Assembly (NCBI RefSeq): GCF_001194135.2
Contig: NC_069006.1
Coordinates: forward strand, 25,854,515-25,905,077
DNA from: Octopus bimaculoides
Lineage: Eukaryota
Length of the DNA stretch: 50,563 nucleotides
Direction of reading: 5' to 3'
Both the position numbers and the translations under genes were made by a program. Positions within the stretch are counted from its first letter, which is position 1. Every line of letters starts with the position of its first letter. Below, one piece after another: positions 26,617 through 37,680 of the stretch. A model generated the notes under the pieces. That model did not search any database. It was not told where the DNA came from and was given only the letters and a program-made list of their open reading frames with translations.

Positions 26617-26820
26617 CCCTACTAAAGACACAATGCCCAAACTTGTGGGTAGGAGGTAAGTCGATTGCAGTGACCCCAGTATGCAACTGGTACTTATCTT
26701 ATTAACCACGAAAGGACAAAAGGCAAAAAGTTAGCCTCAACAGAGATTGAACCCGGAACATAAAGACAGATGAATTGCTGGTAAACATTTTGTCTGGCAA
26801 TCAATTCTGCTAGCTGTCCC
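26485..26820 (-). mobile_element. Two SINE family B pieces (26485-26552 and 26617-26820) joined by an (AAT)n array
   Basis: Both pieces carry GACCCCAGTAT; (AAT)n at ~26560-26615. Confidence 0.75.
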
Positions 26821-27540
26821 CCTCACACTAGTTGAAAAAAATGGTAGCAAAGTTATTTCACTAAATTCTCACATTATCTCCCAACTGAACTGAAAGAAAG
26901 CCAAGTGTATTTCAACTGAAGAAACATGGGAACAAAAGAGTGAAAACAATTGAGTGTGATTTATGAGAGATTTGCATCTTTGTGTTGTGAAGCTGTAAAT
27001 GTGGCTTCGTTTAAGCACAATTAGTCTCAGCCATGTTTGAAGTGCAACAAAGTGCAGCAAAGTGCACGGTAATAAGCTCTTTTGTTTCTGTTTCTATGTC
27101 TGGGATAATGTTTACTTAAGAAATCTGTGGAAATACTTTATGAGAATGGCATAAAAAATAATGATTAATCATATAATGAGAACTACCCCTCCTCCTCGTC
27201 GTTATTACTTTCCAGCTTGTTATTATTTCTACTTTATATTTCTGTATATCACTTTCCATTACTCTTTGCCAAGACACTTCACTCTACTTGTCTCTCATAG
27301 AATGGTCGGCATAGTATCATTGAGAGGTCAAGAGAAGTTGACCTAACATCTCCATAAATATGTTTATTTCTATACTTCAGTCCTAAAGTCAGATTCTATC
27401 ATGTGTGTGTGTGCGTGTGTGTGTGTGTGTTTTAGTCTTTCAGGAAGCTGATGAGGTATCTAAGGAATAAGAATCCTACTTTAGACAAAGTAACCAGCGA
27501 GAGTCACATGCTAAACTTTTAGAAAATCTTGAGATAGCAC

Positions 27541-27692
27541 AAGTGTGACTGTGTAATAAGAAGTTTGCTTCCCAATCGCATGGCTCCAGTTTCAATCCCA
27601 CTACACAGTACCTTGGGTGTCTTCTATAGCCTTGGGCCAACCAAAGCCTTGTGAGTGGATTTGGTTGATGGAAACTGAAAGAAGCCCATTGT
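27541..27692 (+). mobile_element. SINE family A, 5' half running into an assembly gap
   Basis: AAGAAGTTTGCTTCCCAATCGCATGG...CCAAAGCCTTGTGAGTGGATTTGGTTGATGGAAACTGAAAGAAGCCC. Confidence 0.8.
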
Positions 27693-28449
27693 NNNNNNNN
27701 NNNNNNNNNNNNNNNNNNNNNNNNNNNNNNNNNNNNNNNNNNNNNNNNNNNNNNNNNNNNNNNNNNNNNNNNNNNNNNNNNNNNNNNNNNNNNNNNNNNN
27801 NNNNNNNNNNNNNNNNNNNNNNNNNNNNNNNNNNNNNNNNNNNNNNNNNNNNNNNNNNNNNNNNNNNNNNNNNNNNNNNNNNNNNNNNNNNNNNNNNNNN
27901 NNNNNNNNNNNNNNNNNNNNNNNNNNNNNNNNNNNNNNNNNNNNNNNNNNNNNNNNNNNNNNNNNNNNNNNNNNNNNNNNNNNNNNNNNNNNNNNNNNNN
28001 NNNNNNNNNNNNNNNNNNNNNNNNNNNNNNNNNNNNNNNNNNNNNNNNNNNNNNNNNNNNNNNNNNNNNNNNNNNNNNNNNNNNNNNNNNNNNNNNNNNN
28101 NNNNNNNNNNNNNNGGGGGGGGGGTGACTGGTGCTTTGTCTGTGATGACATTATCGCAGTAGAGTTGCACTTTTTCTTTTTGCTGATGGTTTTTCCATTC
28201 ATCAGCCAGGGAGTGGCTGATGTTTCTGACTCATCTTCCTTTTGTTTGTGTTGATTTGAGTTTTGTAGCGTCGTTAATGTTGCTTCCATCATTAATGTCT
28301 AGTTTGGTGGTGGTGGTGGTGGTGAGAGGGATTCTGTACAAGGGGGAATGTCGTTTACTTGTTTCTTTTTCTTGTCAAGTTTTGTTACGGTTACTCTTTA
28401 ATGAAGTCCCTTTCTGTTGATCCTTGTTGAAATATCTTTCTTTTACTTG

Positions 28450-28605
28450 TTCCAATCGTGGCCATGCTGGGGTACCACTTCGAAGGATTTTAGTTGAGTG
28501 AATCAACCCTTAGTGCTTATTCCATTGGTCTCTTTTGCCAAACCACTAAGTTATGGGGATATAAACACACCAAATGGTAAGGGGGAGGGGCAACACAGAC
28601 ACTAT
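28450..28605 (-). mobile_element. SINE family A, 3' part
   Basis: GTGGCCATGCTGGGGTACCAC...GGTCTCTTTTGCCAAACCACTAAGTTATGGGGATATAAACACACC. Similar 3' fragments lie at ~30265-30450, ~32295-32380, ~34420-34560 and ~19165-19200. Confidence 0.7.
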
Positions 28606-28630
28606 TCTATTTTTTGAGATGAGGAATTCT

Positions 28631-28920
28631 GTACATTATTTATAATGGATGGATACGTGTCCTCACCTTGTTTGTTGTTATTGCGTTTCAGATGATGTAC
28701 TCCCCAGCCTTCATCAGGTATCCTGGTGGAATTCTAAGTTCAATCCCTGACAGGGACTTGAACAATAACAGAAAAATAACATCAGCCACATACCTTAGGA
28801 ATGAGAACAGTGTACCCCATTAGTCAAATAAAGGGTTGGGTTTGAAATTCCAGCAGAACACCTGATGAAGGCTGGAGAGTACATCAGTTGAAACGTTGTG
28901 ATGATGACAACAAACAAGGT
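28631..28920. mobile_element. Palindromic Penelope-like element terminal-repeat remnant (inverted arms ~28665-28747 and ~28833-28920)
   Basis: The reverse complement of the right arm aligns to the left arm over ~85 nt (ACCTTGTTTGTTGT...CGTTTCA..TGATGTACTC.CCAGCCTTCATCAGGT..CTG.TGGAATT). Both arms carry CTGATGA...GAAAC. Confidence 0.6.
28859..28900 (+). ncRNA. Minimal type I hammerhead ribozyme motif (degenerate)
   Basis: Stem I CAC(28859-61)/GTG(28898-900); core CTGATGA 28862-68 plus an extra A; stem II GGCTG/CAGTT with G-U wobbles; GAAA 28890-93; palindromic AACGTT stem III; predicted cleavage after T28897. Confidence 0.5.
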
Positions 28921-28934
28921 AAATTAAATTACAG

Positions 28935-29078
28935 GTAAAACTCATTTTTACCAGCTGAGTGGACTGGAGCAACATGAAATAAAGTGTCTTGCTTGAAGAC
29001 ACAATGCACCACCAGAAATTGAACTCACAACCTCAGGAATGTGAGTTGAATACCCTAACCTCTCAGCCATGCACTTAC
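28935..29078 (-). mobile_element. Third SINE family copy
   Basis: CTCATTTTTACCAGCTGAGTGGACTGGAGCAACATGAAATAAAGTGTCTTGCTTGAAG...GAACTCACAACC...CCCTAACCTCTCAGCCATGCAC. Confidence 0.7.
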
Positions 29079-31014
29079 ACTAATTTACTTACACTAATTT
29101 ACTCATTAGTAACATGTCTATAGACTTGCAGGTTAGTAATTTGTTATTAATCAAGTGAGTCCTTAATTTCCGTGTTGGTGGAATTCTGATCGCAGCAGCA
29201 CGCAGCCATGCAACCAGATGTTTGCTTTTTCTCATTTGTTTCTTTTTCATATTTTGCAACAATTTCTTCAGAATTATATGTTTCAGTTTGAAGAATTAGG
29301 AGTTTTTTTGCAAAATTTTAGTTTAAAAATTTCACCTCAACTCATTCATTTTTTTTAACTTGATTTTTTTTTTCTCTGTTTGTATATTTAAAAAGAAAAC
29401 TTTTTTTAGGCATTTTTTTTTCAATAATTTGTATGTAAAATAAAATGCAATGCCGTCATCTTTACACACACACACACACACACTAAATGAAAGAAGTTGC
29501 TGTAATTTGTGGATGAACAAAATTATATGTAATTTTTTTTCAAATTTTCAATTATGAAAATTATTTTGAAATTAAAAAAGATTTTTTCTGCAAAATTACT
29601 TTGCCTCCATTTGCCAAATATACACATCAAAAAAAAAAAAAAATACAATAAAATAAAAAAAAAAATTTTTTTTTGAAACTCAAAAATCAAAGGGTGTGGT
29701 AAAATTTTAAAAATTGAAATTTTGAAAAAAAAAGTCCATTGAAATAATAATTATCATGTTGAAAATATACAAATCTAAAGAAATTTTTGAAAGTAATGAG
29801 AAAAGAAAACGAAATTTACTGCCAGTTTTATGGCGTGCTTCGATATGAAAACTCCGCCTGACTATTTTAGTAGTTTATTGTTAGTGTTTATGGCTTCAAT
29901 GTGTTTGGTTTGTTATATTATTATTGTTCTGCAGATTAATTAAAGCTGGTATATTGTGAATAGTAAACGAGCAGGTTGTATTTGTCTGGCAGCTGTAGTA
30001 TGCCATGCTTGGAAAGAAAAGAATTTATGTTCTGTTGGAATTTTTCAAAGCCTTTAGATTAATATCTGTTGTATATTCTGGCGTATGTTGAAGATTCTCA
30101 TGACAAAAAAATCAAAAATAAGTCTCGTGAAAATATGTCTGGATTGTTTGTGTTTATGAAATGTTTTGTTTGAATGCGATGAAGAAATATTAAATTGAAG
30201 CAAAACTTGGTGTGTATTATTGATTAATGCTCTTAGTAATGGGCGGAGCATTCTTTTATCCTCTCACTTGTTTCAGTTGCAAGACTGCGGCCATGCTGGG
30301 GCACCACCTTGAATAATTTTTAGTTGCTTTATTTTCTAAAGCCTGGTACTTATTCTGTTGCTCTTGTTTGTTGAAGTGCTTCCATTCCTTATAATGTGTG
30401 TGTGTGTGTGTGCATGGTTGTGCACATGCTTGGGTGCATCACATTTCCTGAAATTAAACACGGCCAGTGAAACAAGCAAAAACTTCCTTCCGTCATCAAC
30501 CATGTGGTTGCGACGCCAACTTGTTAACCAGACCACTGCTATGTTGGTTCCTATGTAAAGTGAAATGTAACCTGAATATGTCTAGTAACTCCAGGATTCC
30601 TCTTAATTATTAAACTGCAAACATGAGGTTTACCAGCACCAAAAGAGAAAGTTTAAGTCTTAATCACAAATTAATTAGTAAGTAAAAAATATGTTTGTGA
30701 AACAGAAATTGCGATTAATTTCATGACTTTTGTAGTCTCTCATTAAACTATTACCAGCTGTTGTTCCCTTGCTGGCTTAATATTGTGTTGGTCGAGGGCC
30801 AGTGCTAAGGGCTGGGCAAACTAGGCAGATCCATGTTTAGTCTATTGTAAAGCAAAGGCCTCAGCACGCTCTCTTCATGAATTACAGTCTGAGGTGGAGG
30901 TCACGAATTTCATCCTGAGATCATATTGGTTTGATGAGCTTACTCTACCACTCTGGCTTGACATGGTTCGGCAGAGGGGTGCAGGGTTTTTTTTCATACT
31001 CATATCCAGGAGTA

Positions 31015-31162
31015 GTTAAGTCAGTTACATTGACCCCAGCGTTTAACTGGTGCTTACTTTATCGATCTTGAAGGGACAAAAGGCTAAGTTCAACCTCAGC
31101 AGAATTTGAACTCGGAGCATGAAGGCAGGGGCGACACACTGCTGAGCATTTTGCCTGGTGTG
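31015..31162 (-). mobile_element. SINE family B copy (further copies at ~11172-11280 on +, ~35330-35445 on + and ~39490-39650 on -)
   Basis: ATTGACCCCAG...CTGGTGCTTACTTTATCGA...CCTCAGCAGAATTTGAACTCGG...GAGCATTTTGCCTGG. Confidence 0.75.
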
Positions 31163-31172
31163 AGATACATAT

Positions 31173-31269
31173 TAAAAGGCTGAGAGAAGTTGGGTACATA
31201 CTGAAGGGCTGAGAGAAGTTGGGTACATACTGAAGGGCTGAGAGAAGTTGGGTACACATTGAAGGGCTG
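31173..31269. repeat. 29-bp minisatellite, ~3.3 units (TGAAGGGCTGAGAGAAGTTGGGTACATAC)
   Basis: Units start at 31173, 31202, 31231 and 31260; no spacers. Confidence 0.9.
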
Positions 31270-31701
31270 GTCTAGCTTGCTGAATGTCCTACTGCTGGCC
31301 CTGTGCTTGTTGGTTGGTTTGGTTTGGAAATTTCTCATGCTAACCCAAGGAAACATGTGTTAACTATTATTTAAAAAACTTTTTGGTGTATTATTTAACT
31401 AAATATAGTTGTAAGTAAAGTTTAGTTATTTCAATTTCTACAAATGTTCTGCATTGGCAATCAATACCAAAAAGGCAACTCTTTATAAAAATGAAAATAA
31501 AAAAAAAATAATGATTTTTCTGACTAATTTTTATAGCCCAAATCATGTGGAATCTATAGAAATTTCTTAAAATATTCACCCGAATCTTGTTGGTTTCAAT
31601 GTGGATCATGTGACATTTATTGATTATAAAGTCTCTTTTTAGAAATTGATTTTTGTTTTTTCTTTCAATGAATATTCATTGACACTCTATACCAAAGCTA
31701 A

Positions 31702-31717
31702 ACAACAGGTGGCGCTG
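31702..31717 (+). promoter_or_regulatory. CTCF-like motif (ACAACAGGTGGCGCTG) upstream of the candidate first exon
   Basis: 14/16 identity to CCACCAGGTGGCGCTG (CTCF core consensus). Lies in unique sequence ~300 nt upstream of ATG 32019, next to a (GTCG)n tract at ~31812-31835. Confidence 0.35.
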
Positions 31718-32018
31718 CAGGCTGAGGAGGAGGGAGTTTGTTATTTGGTAGAGAGTCAGCGTTGGTAAAAGTTAATAACTTCTTCAATAAGTCAGTCTAT
31801 AGAAGGGTCAGTCGGTCGGTCGGTCGGTCGGTCGGTTGATTGAGCCACTGTTTAGTGTTTTGTAACAATCACCAGAAGAAAGGAACTGGGTGAAGACGCA
31901 GCCTTTGGAATCTTATTAATGTGACAGCAAAACAGACATAGGTTTAAAGACAGGGACATTTGGAAACGATATATATATATATGTGTGGTGCCAATTTGGA
32001 AGGGAATTTAGATGTAAA

Positions 32019-32220
32019 ATGGAGAGAAGAAGAAAGAAGATATCAAAGTCACCACAAAGTAAATGGAAGAAGTCATTGTTTGACTGTTTCTGCTGTGTTA
32101 CAAATTGCCATAAAATTAATAACAAATGGAGTATCATTAATAATAAGAATAATAATAGTGATGACTTTGGTGACAGCCTAACCTATTGGGGATCATTTTT
32201 GTCTGTGTCCATGTTGACCG
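32019..32220 (+). CDS. Candidate alternative first coding exon (67 codons + 1 nt, phase 1 donor)
   Basis: Start context taaaATGg; in-frame upstream stop at 31917 and no good acceptor. Reads MERRRKKISKSPQSKWKKSLFDCFCCVTNCHKINNKWSIINNKNNNSDDFGDSLTYWGSFLSVSMLT-G, then CCG|GTAACT (moderate donor). Same phase as the 24081 donor. Confidence 0.4.
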
Positions 32221-32465
32221 GTAACTATTCATTGTTTAATTTTTTAATGCTATTTTATGTATGTTCTTTAATTTTCTCTTGTTTCATTTATTGGATTGCA
32301 GCCATGCTGGAGCCATACCTTTGATGGTTTTAGTCAAAACATATCAACCTCAGTTGATTCTTATCTTATTGATCTCTATTGAATGGTAAAGTCACCTTTT
32401 TTGGCATAAAAGGATGCAACCTCATGCTGCCTGTAATACCAGCATACACACACACAGATGCATGC

Positions 32466-32521
<56 letters not shown>

Positions 32522-33185
32522 GTAATATATATATACATATATTATCATTATTATAGACATCACACAGTATACAATATCATGAGGTTGTTGATTGAAAATA
32601 TTGTTTCTACCGGGGGTTTGTACTGTTTGTCAAGCCACAACAAGGACCTCAGACAGACAGCACTTTACACAATATGCGTGCAGTTCCAAGTAATGCTGAC
32701 TCTTGCAATACATCTAGATTGTAGGGTATCTCTAAGGTTTTCAGATCTTTCTTTAGATTGGGACACGTCTTGTCAGAATACGATTCAAATTGTAAGAAGA
32801 AATTTAGAGCCAGGCTGAGGAAAAGAAAAGAGAAAAAAAGAAGTTTAATTTTGCAAAATGTGGCATGAAATGAGACCATTTATTAAAAACAACCGTCTCT
32901 TGATTCCCCTAATTTAGGAGAATGTAGCTTACTAATATTTAGGTTATGGAATTTGATATGGTGAGCTTATCCCCCAGCAACACATCTAAATGGAAAGATT
33001 ATTAGGAATTCCTCTTGATACTGTTGTTGTTAAACATTCTAAAGTGTTGTTGTTGTTGTTGTCTGGTGTAGGTCAGCACTAACTGAGTACAACTATCGTC
33101 ATCATCATCATCATCATCACCACCTCTAAGGTCCACTTTACCATGTTGGCATGGGCCACATGAAATTCGTGGAGGTAGATATTTC

Positions 33186-33272
33186 TGTGATGGGATTGTT
33201 TATTTTTAGAATGACATTGTAGGGTAGGTAGGAGAGGCAGGATCTGGTCAGTTTGAACATAAAACAAGTAGA
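33186..33272 (-). mobile_element. Same MITE family, internal fragment
   Basis: TTTTTAGAATGACATTGTAGGGTAGGTAGGAGAGGCAGGATCTGGTCAGTTTGAACATAAAACA. Confidence 0.65.
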
Positions 33273-33289
33273 AGATGGATAGATATACA

Positions 33290-33450
33290 ACTGGTGCCTT
33301 CCAGTTTCCGTCTACCACATCCACTCATGAGGTTTTGGTCAGCCCAAGTAGAAGACACTTGTCCAAGGTGCCACATGGTGGGACTGAGCCCAGAACCATG
33401 TTGATGGGAAGTAAGCTTCTTACTACACAACCACTCCTGCACCCGTATAT
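33290..33450 (-). mobile_element. SINE family A, 5' half
   Basis: CAGTTTCCGTCTACCACATCCACTCA...GAAGACACTTGTCCAAGGTGCCACATGGTGGGACTGAGCCC. Confidence 0.8.
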
Positions 33451-33769
33451 GTGTATTAGTAATATTAGCAACAGAAGTAGTCTATTGGTGACATCATCAC
33501 ATTTGCTAGTGGATGATCTCATTGACTGCTAACATCTGGCTGGCACCAAATTGCTTTATTGTTAATCAAAGTGATTTCAAGAGACACAAAGTCTAGTAAC
33601 TTTCTCTTGTACTTCTAGGTTTGTCCTTTTTTTGTGACTAGTGTTAGACTTTGGTAAAGTGGATACCAATATACTTAATGGAATGAAGGAGAGATTTCGA
33701 ATTAATTAATTAATTAATTAATTAGTGAATTGATATTACACTTGTGTTGAGGAGATAGATTTGTTATCT

Positions 33770-33960
33770 TGATGTTGTCAGTTTGCACCAAGTTGAGCCT
33801 GATAGAGCAGGCCTGTGGTCAAAGACGCTCCATTTGTGACCACCCTGTTGTTTTCCTGTGTACAGGTAACCCAGTAGTGTTATCCAATGTCTTCTAAGAT
33901 GGTAGGATGTGAGTTGAGGGAAATTTGACTGCTGTTTCTAGCACATCCACAGGCCACACA
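33770..33960 (+). repeat. Unclassified interspersed repeat (motif GCTATTTCTAGCA); copies/fragments also at ~7375-7590, ~8970-9010, ~11410-11455, ~26190-26260, ~37855-37895 and ~46160-46200
   Basis: Shared GATGGTAG..TGTG..TTGAGGG..ATTT...TGCT.TTTCTAGCA block in both orientations. Confidence 0.55.
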
Positions 33961-34220
33961 CACACGCACACATGCTCTTTTGTTGGCTTAATCATCAATT
34001 CTGGTCAAGAAAGGCAGGGGAGACAACCTAAGAGTTTTAATCAAACTTAATTAAGCTTCGTTGTAGACATTGCTGTAGGAAGTTTATGGCATATAGTAAC
34101 AGCTCCAGACATGTTTCAGCATTATTACACCTCTTCAGTAAGGTGTAACCTATATTGTTAGTACCAGTGATGACTTGAAGCCCTGAGAGCTGTGATACAC
34201 ACTGAGTTTGGCTACTTTAA

Positions 34221-34418
34221 CCATTTGGCATTTAAACCAGCAGTATTCAGCACAAATATTCTACCCATTTTATGTTCAAACCAGCCAGATCCAGCCTCTT
34301 ACCCCTACCTCACAATGTCATTCTAAAAAGTAAAATAATCATGTCATTGAAATCTCAAAACCATGAGATAATCCATGATTAATTCAAAACAATGGAAATA
34401 AATAAGCAATGCATTCAA
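34221..34418 (+). mobile_element. Same MITE family, 3'-truncated
   Basis: TTAA-CCATTTGGCATT start; internal CAAACCAGCCAGATCCAGCCTC...ACAATGTCATTCTAAAA. Confidence 0.7.
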
Positions 34419-35979
34419 TTCTGGCCATGCTGGGCTATCGTTTTGAAGAGTTTGTTGTTTGTTTTTCTTGTGTTTGTCGGTCATATTGGCCCCAGTACTC
34501 ATTCCAAGCTGGTACATAGTTTATCAATTTCTATTGATCTTTATTGATCAGCTAACCGAGTTTTGCCTTTTTTATTTTTTGTATTATGGAATGTAACTCA
34601 ACGTAATGGTATTATACATATACACATGGCAGTGTACACACATACATAGCAGTACACACTCACACACACAAACATACACATACACATAAGAGTATATACA
34701 AACACACCAGTATATATACATACATACAAACATAACAGTACTCACACAAGCACACACAAAACAGTACCCACGTACAATAGTACACACAATACATGCATAC
34801 ACACACACATACAAAGCTATGTAGAAGAAAGTCTTCTGCACAGTTTCCATTGACCGAATTCCACTGCTGAGGTGTAACACAATCAAAGACTACAGGCTAC
34901 TGAGTTCTGATCCTATTGTTACCAATTTTAGTTTGTCATCCCTTGAAGGTGGATTAAACAAGCACCAGGCATGAAATGAGGCTGAATAAACTGACTTACC
35001 CCTAACTCCCCCTTTTCCATCTGTATCTTTATGCCAATGTGAGAACTGCTTTGGTATTCATGAAAGATTACATCATTAGTGTTCTTAATTAAGTAGCGGA
35101 TGATTAGTTCCATTTGTCTGAGAAGAATCTGTGTCAATTAAAACAGTAATTAGATCTAATTAGAAAATGGCAAAACTGACCTATTAATATTTCTCCTTAG
35201 GATCATGGTGTTGTTGTTGTTGTTCTTAGTTGACCCTGTCTGTGGAGACTGGGATCTATAGACACTCCATTCGTGGCCATCATGTTGTTTTGCTTGTCAG
35301 ACACTGTAATATGGTAGCAGTTGTCAGGGCATTGCACAAAATACCTTGTGGTGATTATTCTGGCCCTCTGTGCTCTGAGTTCAAATTCCATAATGGTCGA
35401 TTTTGCCTTTCATCCACCCAGGGCCGAGAATTTAATGCTTTCGTGTTATATCTAAATTGATGTATATCTTCTAGACTCCTCTCTTGACGATTCTAAGTTG
35501 TCTTGGTGTCAACACACATGAGACTGTGTCTGGTTTTAGAGCAGAAAGCCTTTTATTTTTTTAAGGGCTTATAATTGAATTTAAATTTCCATTATAAATT
35601 TCATATAAACAACTTAATAACGGCTTTACAACAGCAAAGTTATTTTACTAAATCCTGCTTAATTTGCAAATAATTTACAAACTTAATTGAAGCATACAGT
35701 GAGTGTATTTCATTAGAAGTGGGGCCACTAAAGGGTTACAATTGCTGGCATGAACTAAATATATACACACACACAGAGACTTCATCCAAACACCAATCAT
35801 GCCTTCAGTTTGTCGGTCTGACTGGTGTTTCATACTGTGTTAGCAGCAAGTCTCGATGAAGCATTCGGTAACTAGATATATAGGCACATATTGAGTATAA
35901 TGGTTAATTTCAGATGTATATAATTATGGTAGCAAACACGTACACACATACAAAACACACTATGTTATGTATGTATATA

Positions 35980-36032
<53 letters not shown>

Positions 36033-36094
36033 GTGTGCTTTGTGTGTGTGTTATGTGATGTAACATATAGTAATGTTACATGTATATATATGCA

Positions 36095-36245
36095 TAAGTG
36101 CAGGAGCTTCCCAACCACATGGTTCCAGGTTCAGTCCCACCACGTGACACCTTGGGCAAGTGTCTTTTACTATATCTTCAGGCCAACCAAAGCCTTGTGA
36201 GTAAATTTGGCAGATGGAAACTGAAAGAAACCCATTGTATATGTG
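36095..36245 (+). mobile_element. SINE family A, 5' half
   Basis: GCTTCCCAACCACATGGTTCCAGGTTCAGTCCCACCACGTGACACCTTGGGCAAGTGTCTT...GGAAACTGAAAGAAACCC. Confidence 0.8.
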
Positions 36246-36341
36246 TGTGTGTGTACGTGTGTGTGTGGAGGCAAATCAAATATGAAAAACAGAAAAGAGC
36301 AACAAGATTCAGTTAGAAGTACACAGTGAAAATATATATAA

Positions 36342-36376
<35 letters not shown>

Positions 36377-36544
36377 CACACGCACGAATATTTTCGTTTT
36401 TTTTTATCTGTCTGTATATTCCATATATACATACACGCTTGCATGCATACGCGCGCGTGTATGTGTTATATGAAACTTGAAACTTATGAGGATTAATTTC
36501 TGGAGACATTTTTTTCAGTTTCAAAAATAACGTGTACACACACA

Positions 36545-36576
<32 letters not shown>

Positions 36577-37112
36577 TTCATTAATTTATATTCCATTTCT
36601 CATTTTGCTGGCTTCCATATTAGCTGTGTACACAGTAGCATCCTGTTTGGCAAAGGATGGAGTAGTGGGGGGTAGTATCTCCCACCCCCTACACGCACAT
36701 GTATTATCTTATATCCTTATTAACCTCAAATCTCATTGTGAATGTTTACTTTTCTTGTCGTACGATAGGTTTGTTCTTTGAATTTCGGTGTCGTTTTTGG
36801 TGCTGGGTAGAAGCCCTCCCCCCTCTCTTTGGTGATGCTGTCTGGCAGATCTGTTTCGAGTATCTTCTGTTGTGGAAGCAGATATGGAATGCTTCTACTT
36901 CATCGCATTATGCCAACAGAATCATAAACACTGAAGATATATTAAAGGACAAATGCATTAATGCTGATCAGAGTACAACTGAGTACAACACAAATACTTG
37001 TACACACACACACACACACGCATGCGCACACGTGCACATGCACCTTTGGTGATGGGTACATTTTAATGCCACTTAACTGAGCAAGATCTTTAGGTATGAG
37101 GAAATGAACCTG

Positions 37113-37452
37113 TTTATCATCATCATCATCGTCATCGTCATCATCATTTAACGTCCACTTTCCATGCTGGCATGGGTTGGACGGTTTGACTGAGATCTGG
37201 CAAGCTGGGAGGCTGCACCAGGCTCCAATCTGATCTGCCACGGTTTCTACAGCTCGATGCCCTTCTTAACGCCAACCACTCTGAGAATGTAGTGGGTGCC
37301 TTTTACATGCCACTGGTACGGGTGCCAGTCAAACGGCACTGGCATTGGTCACTCATGAATGGTGCATTTTATGTGTCACTGGCGTGGGGAGCCAGTCAGG
37401 CAGCACTGGCATCAACCATGCTCAAATAGTGCTTTTTATGTGCCACCAGCAC
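37113..37452 (-). mobile_element. Retroposon with (ATG)n tail (RTE-like 3' end) and internal ~65-bp tandem units
   Basis: (CAT)n-TTTAACGTCCACTTTCCATGCTGGCATGGGTTGGACGG...GATGCCCTTCTTAACGCCAACCACTC; GTGC.TTTTA.GTGCCAC recurs 3 times. Confidence 0.7.
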
Positions 37453-37680
37453 TAAAATATAATTTTGAAACCCCACAAATTTCTAACACAGGTGGTTGCA
37501 GCGTGTACCAAGTAACTGAGAGCAAAAGAGAAAACTGCCAAATCTGTAAAAAATAAATAGACCCTATCTCTGTAGAGGGCTATCAAAAGCAATCAGACTT
37601 TCTGGTTGGATTCCCAGGTATGACCAACTGAGACAATGGATCTTATCCAACCATCTTTTTTATGGTCTCTAGGTAAAAAA

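Noticed and set aside
27033-27068. Mini first exon MFEVQQSAAKCT|GTAATA
   Set aside because: Weak donor, phase 0, only 12 codons.
31173-31269. 29-bp repeats as a CRISPR array
   Set aside because: No spacers, eukaryotic context, no cas genes.
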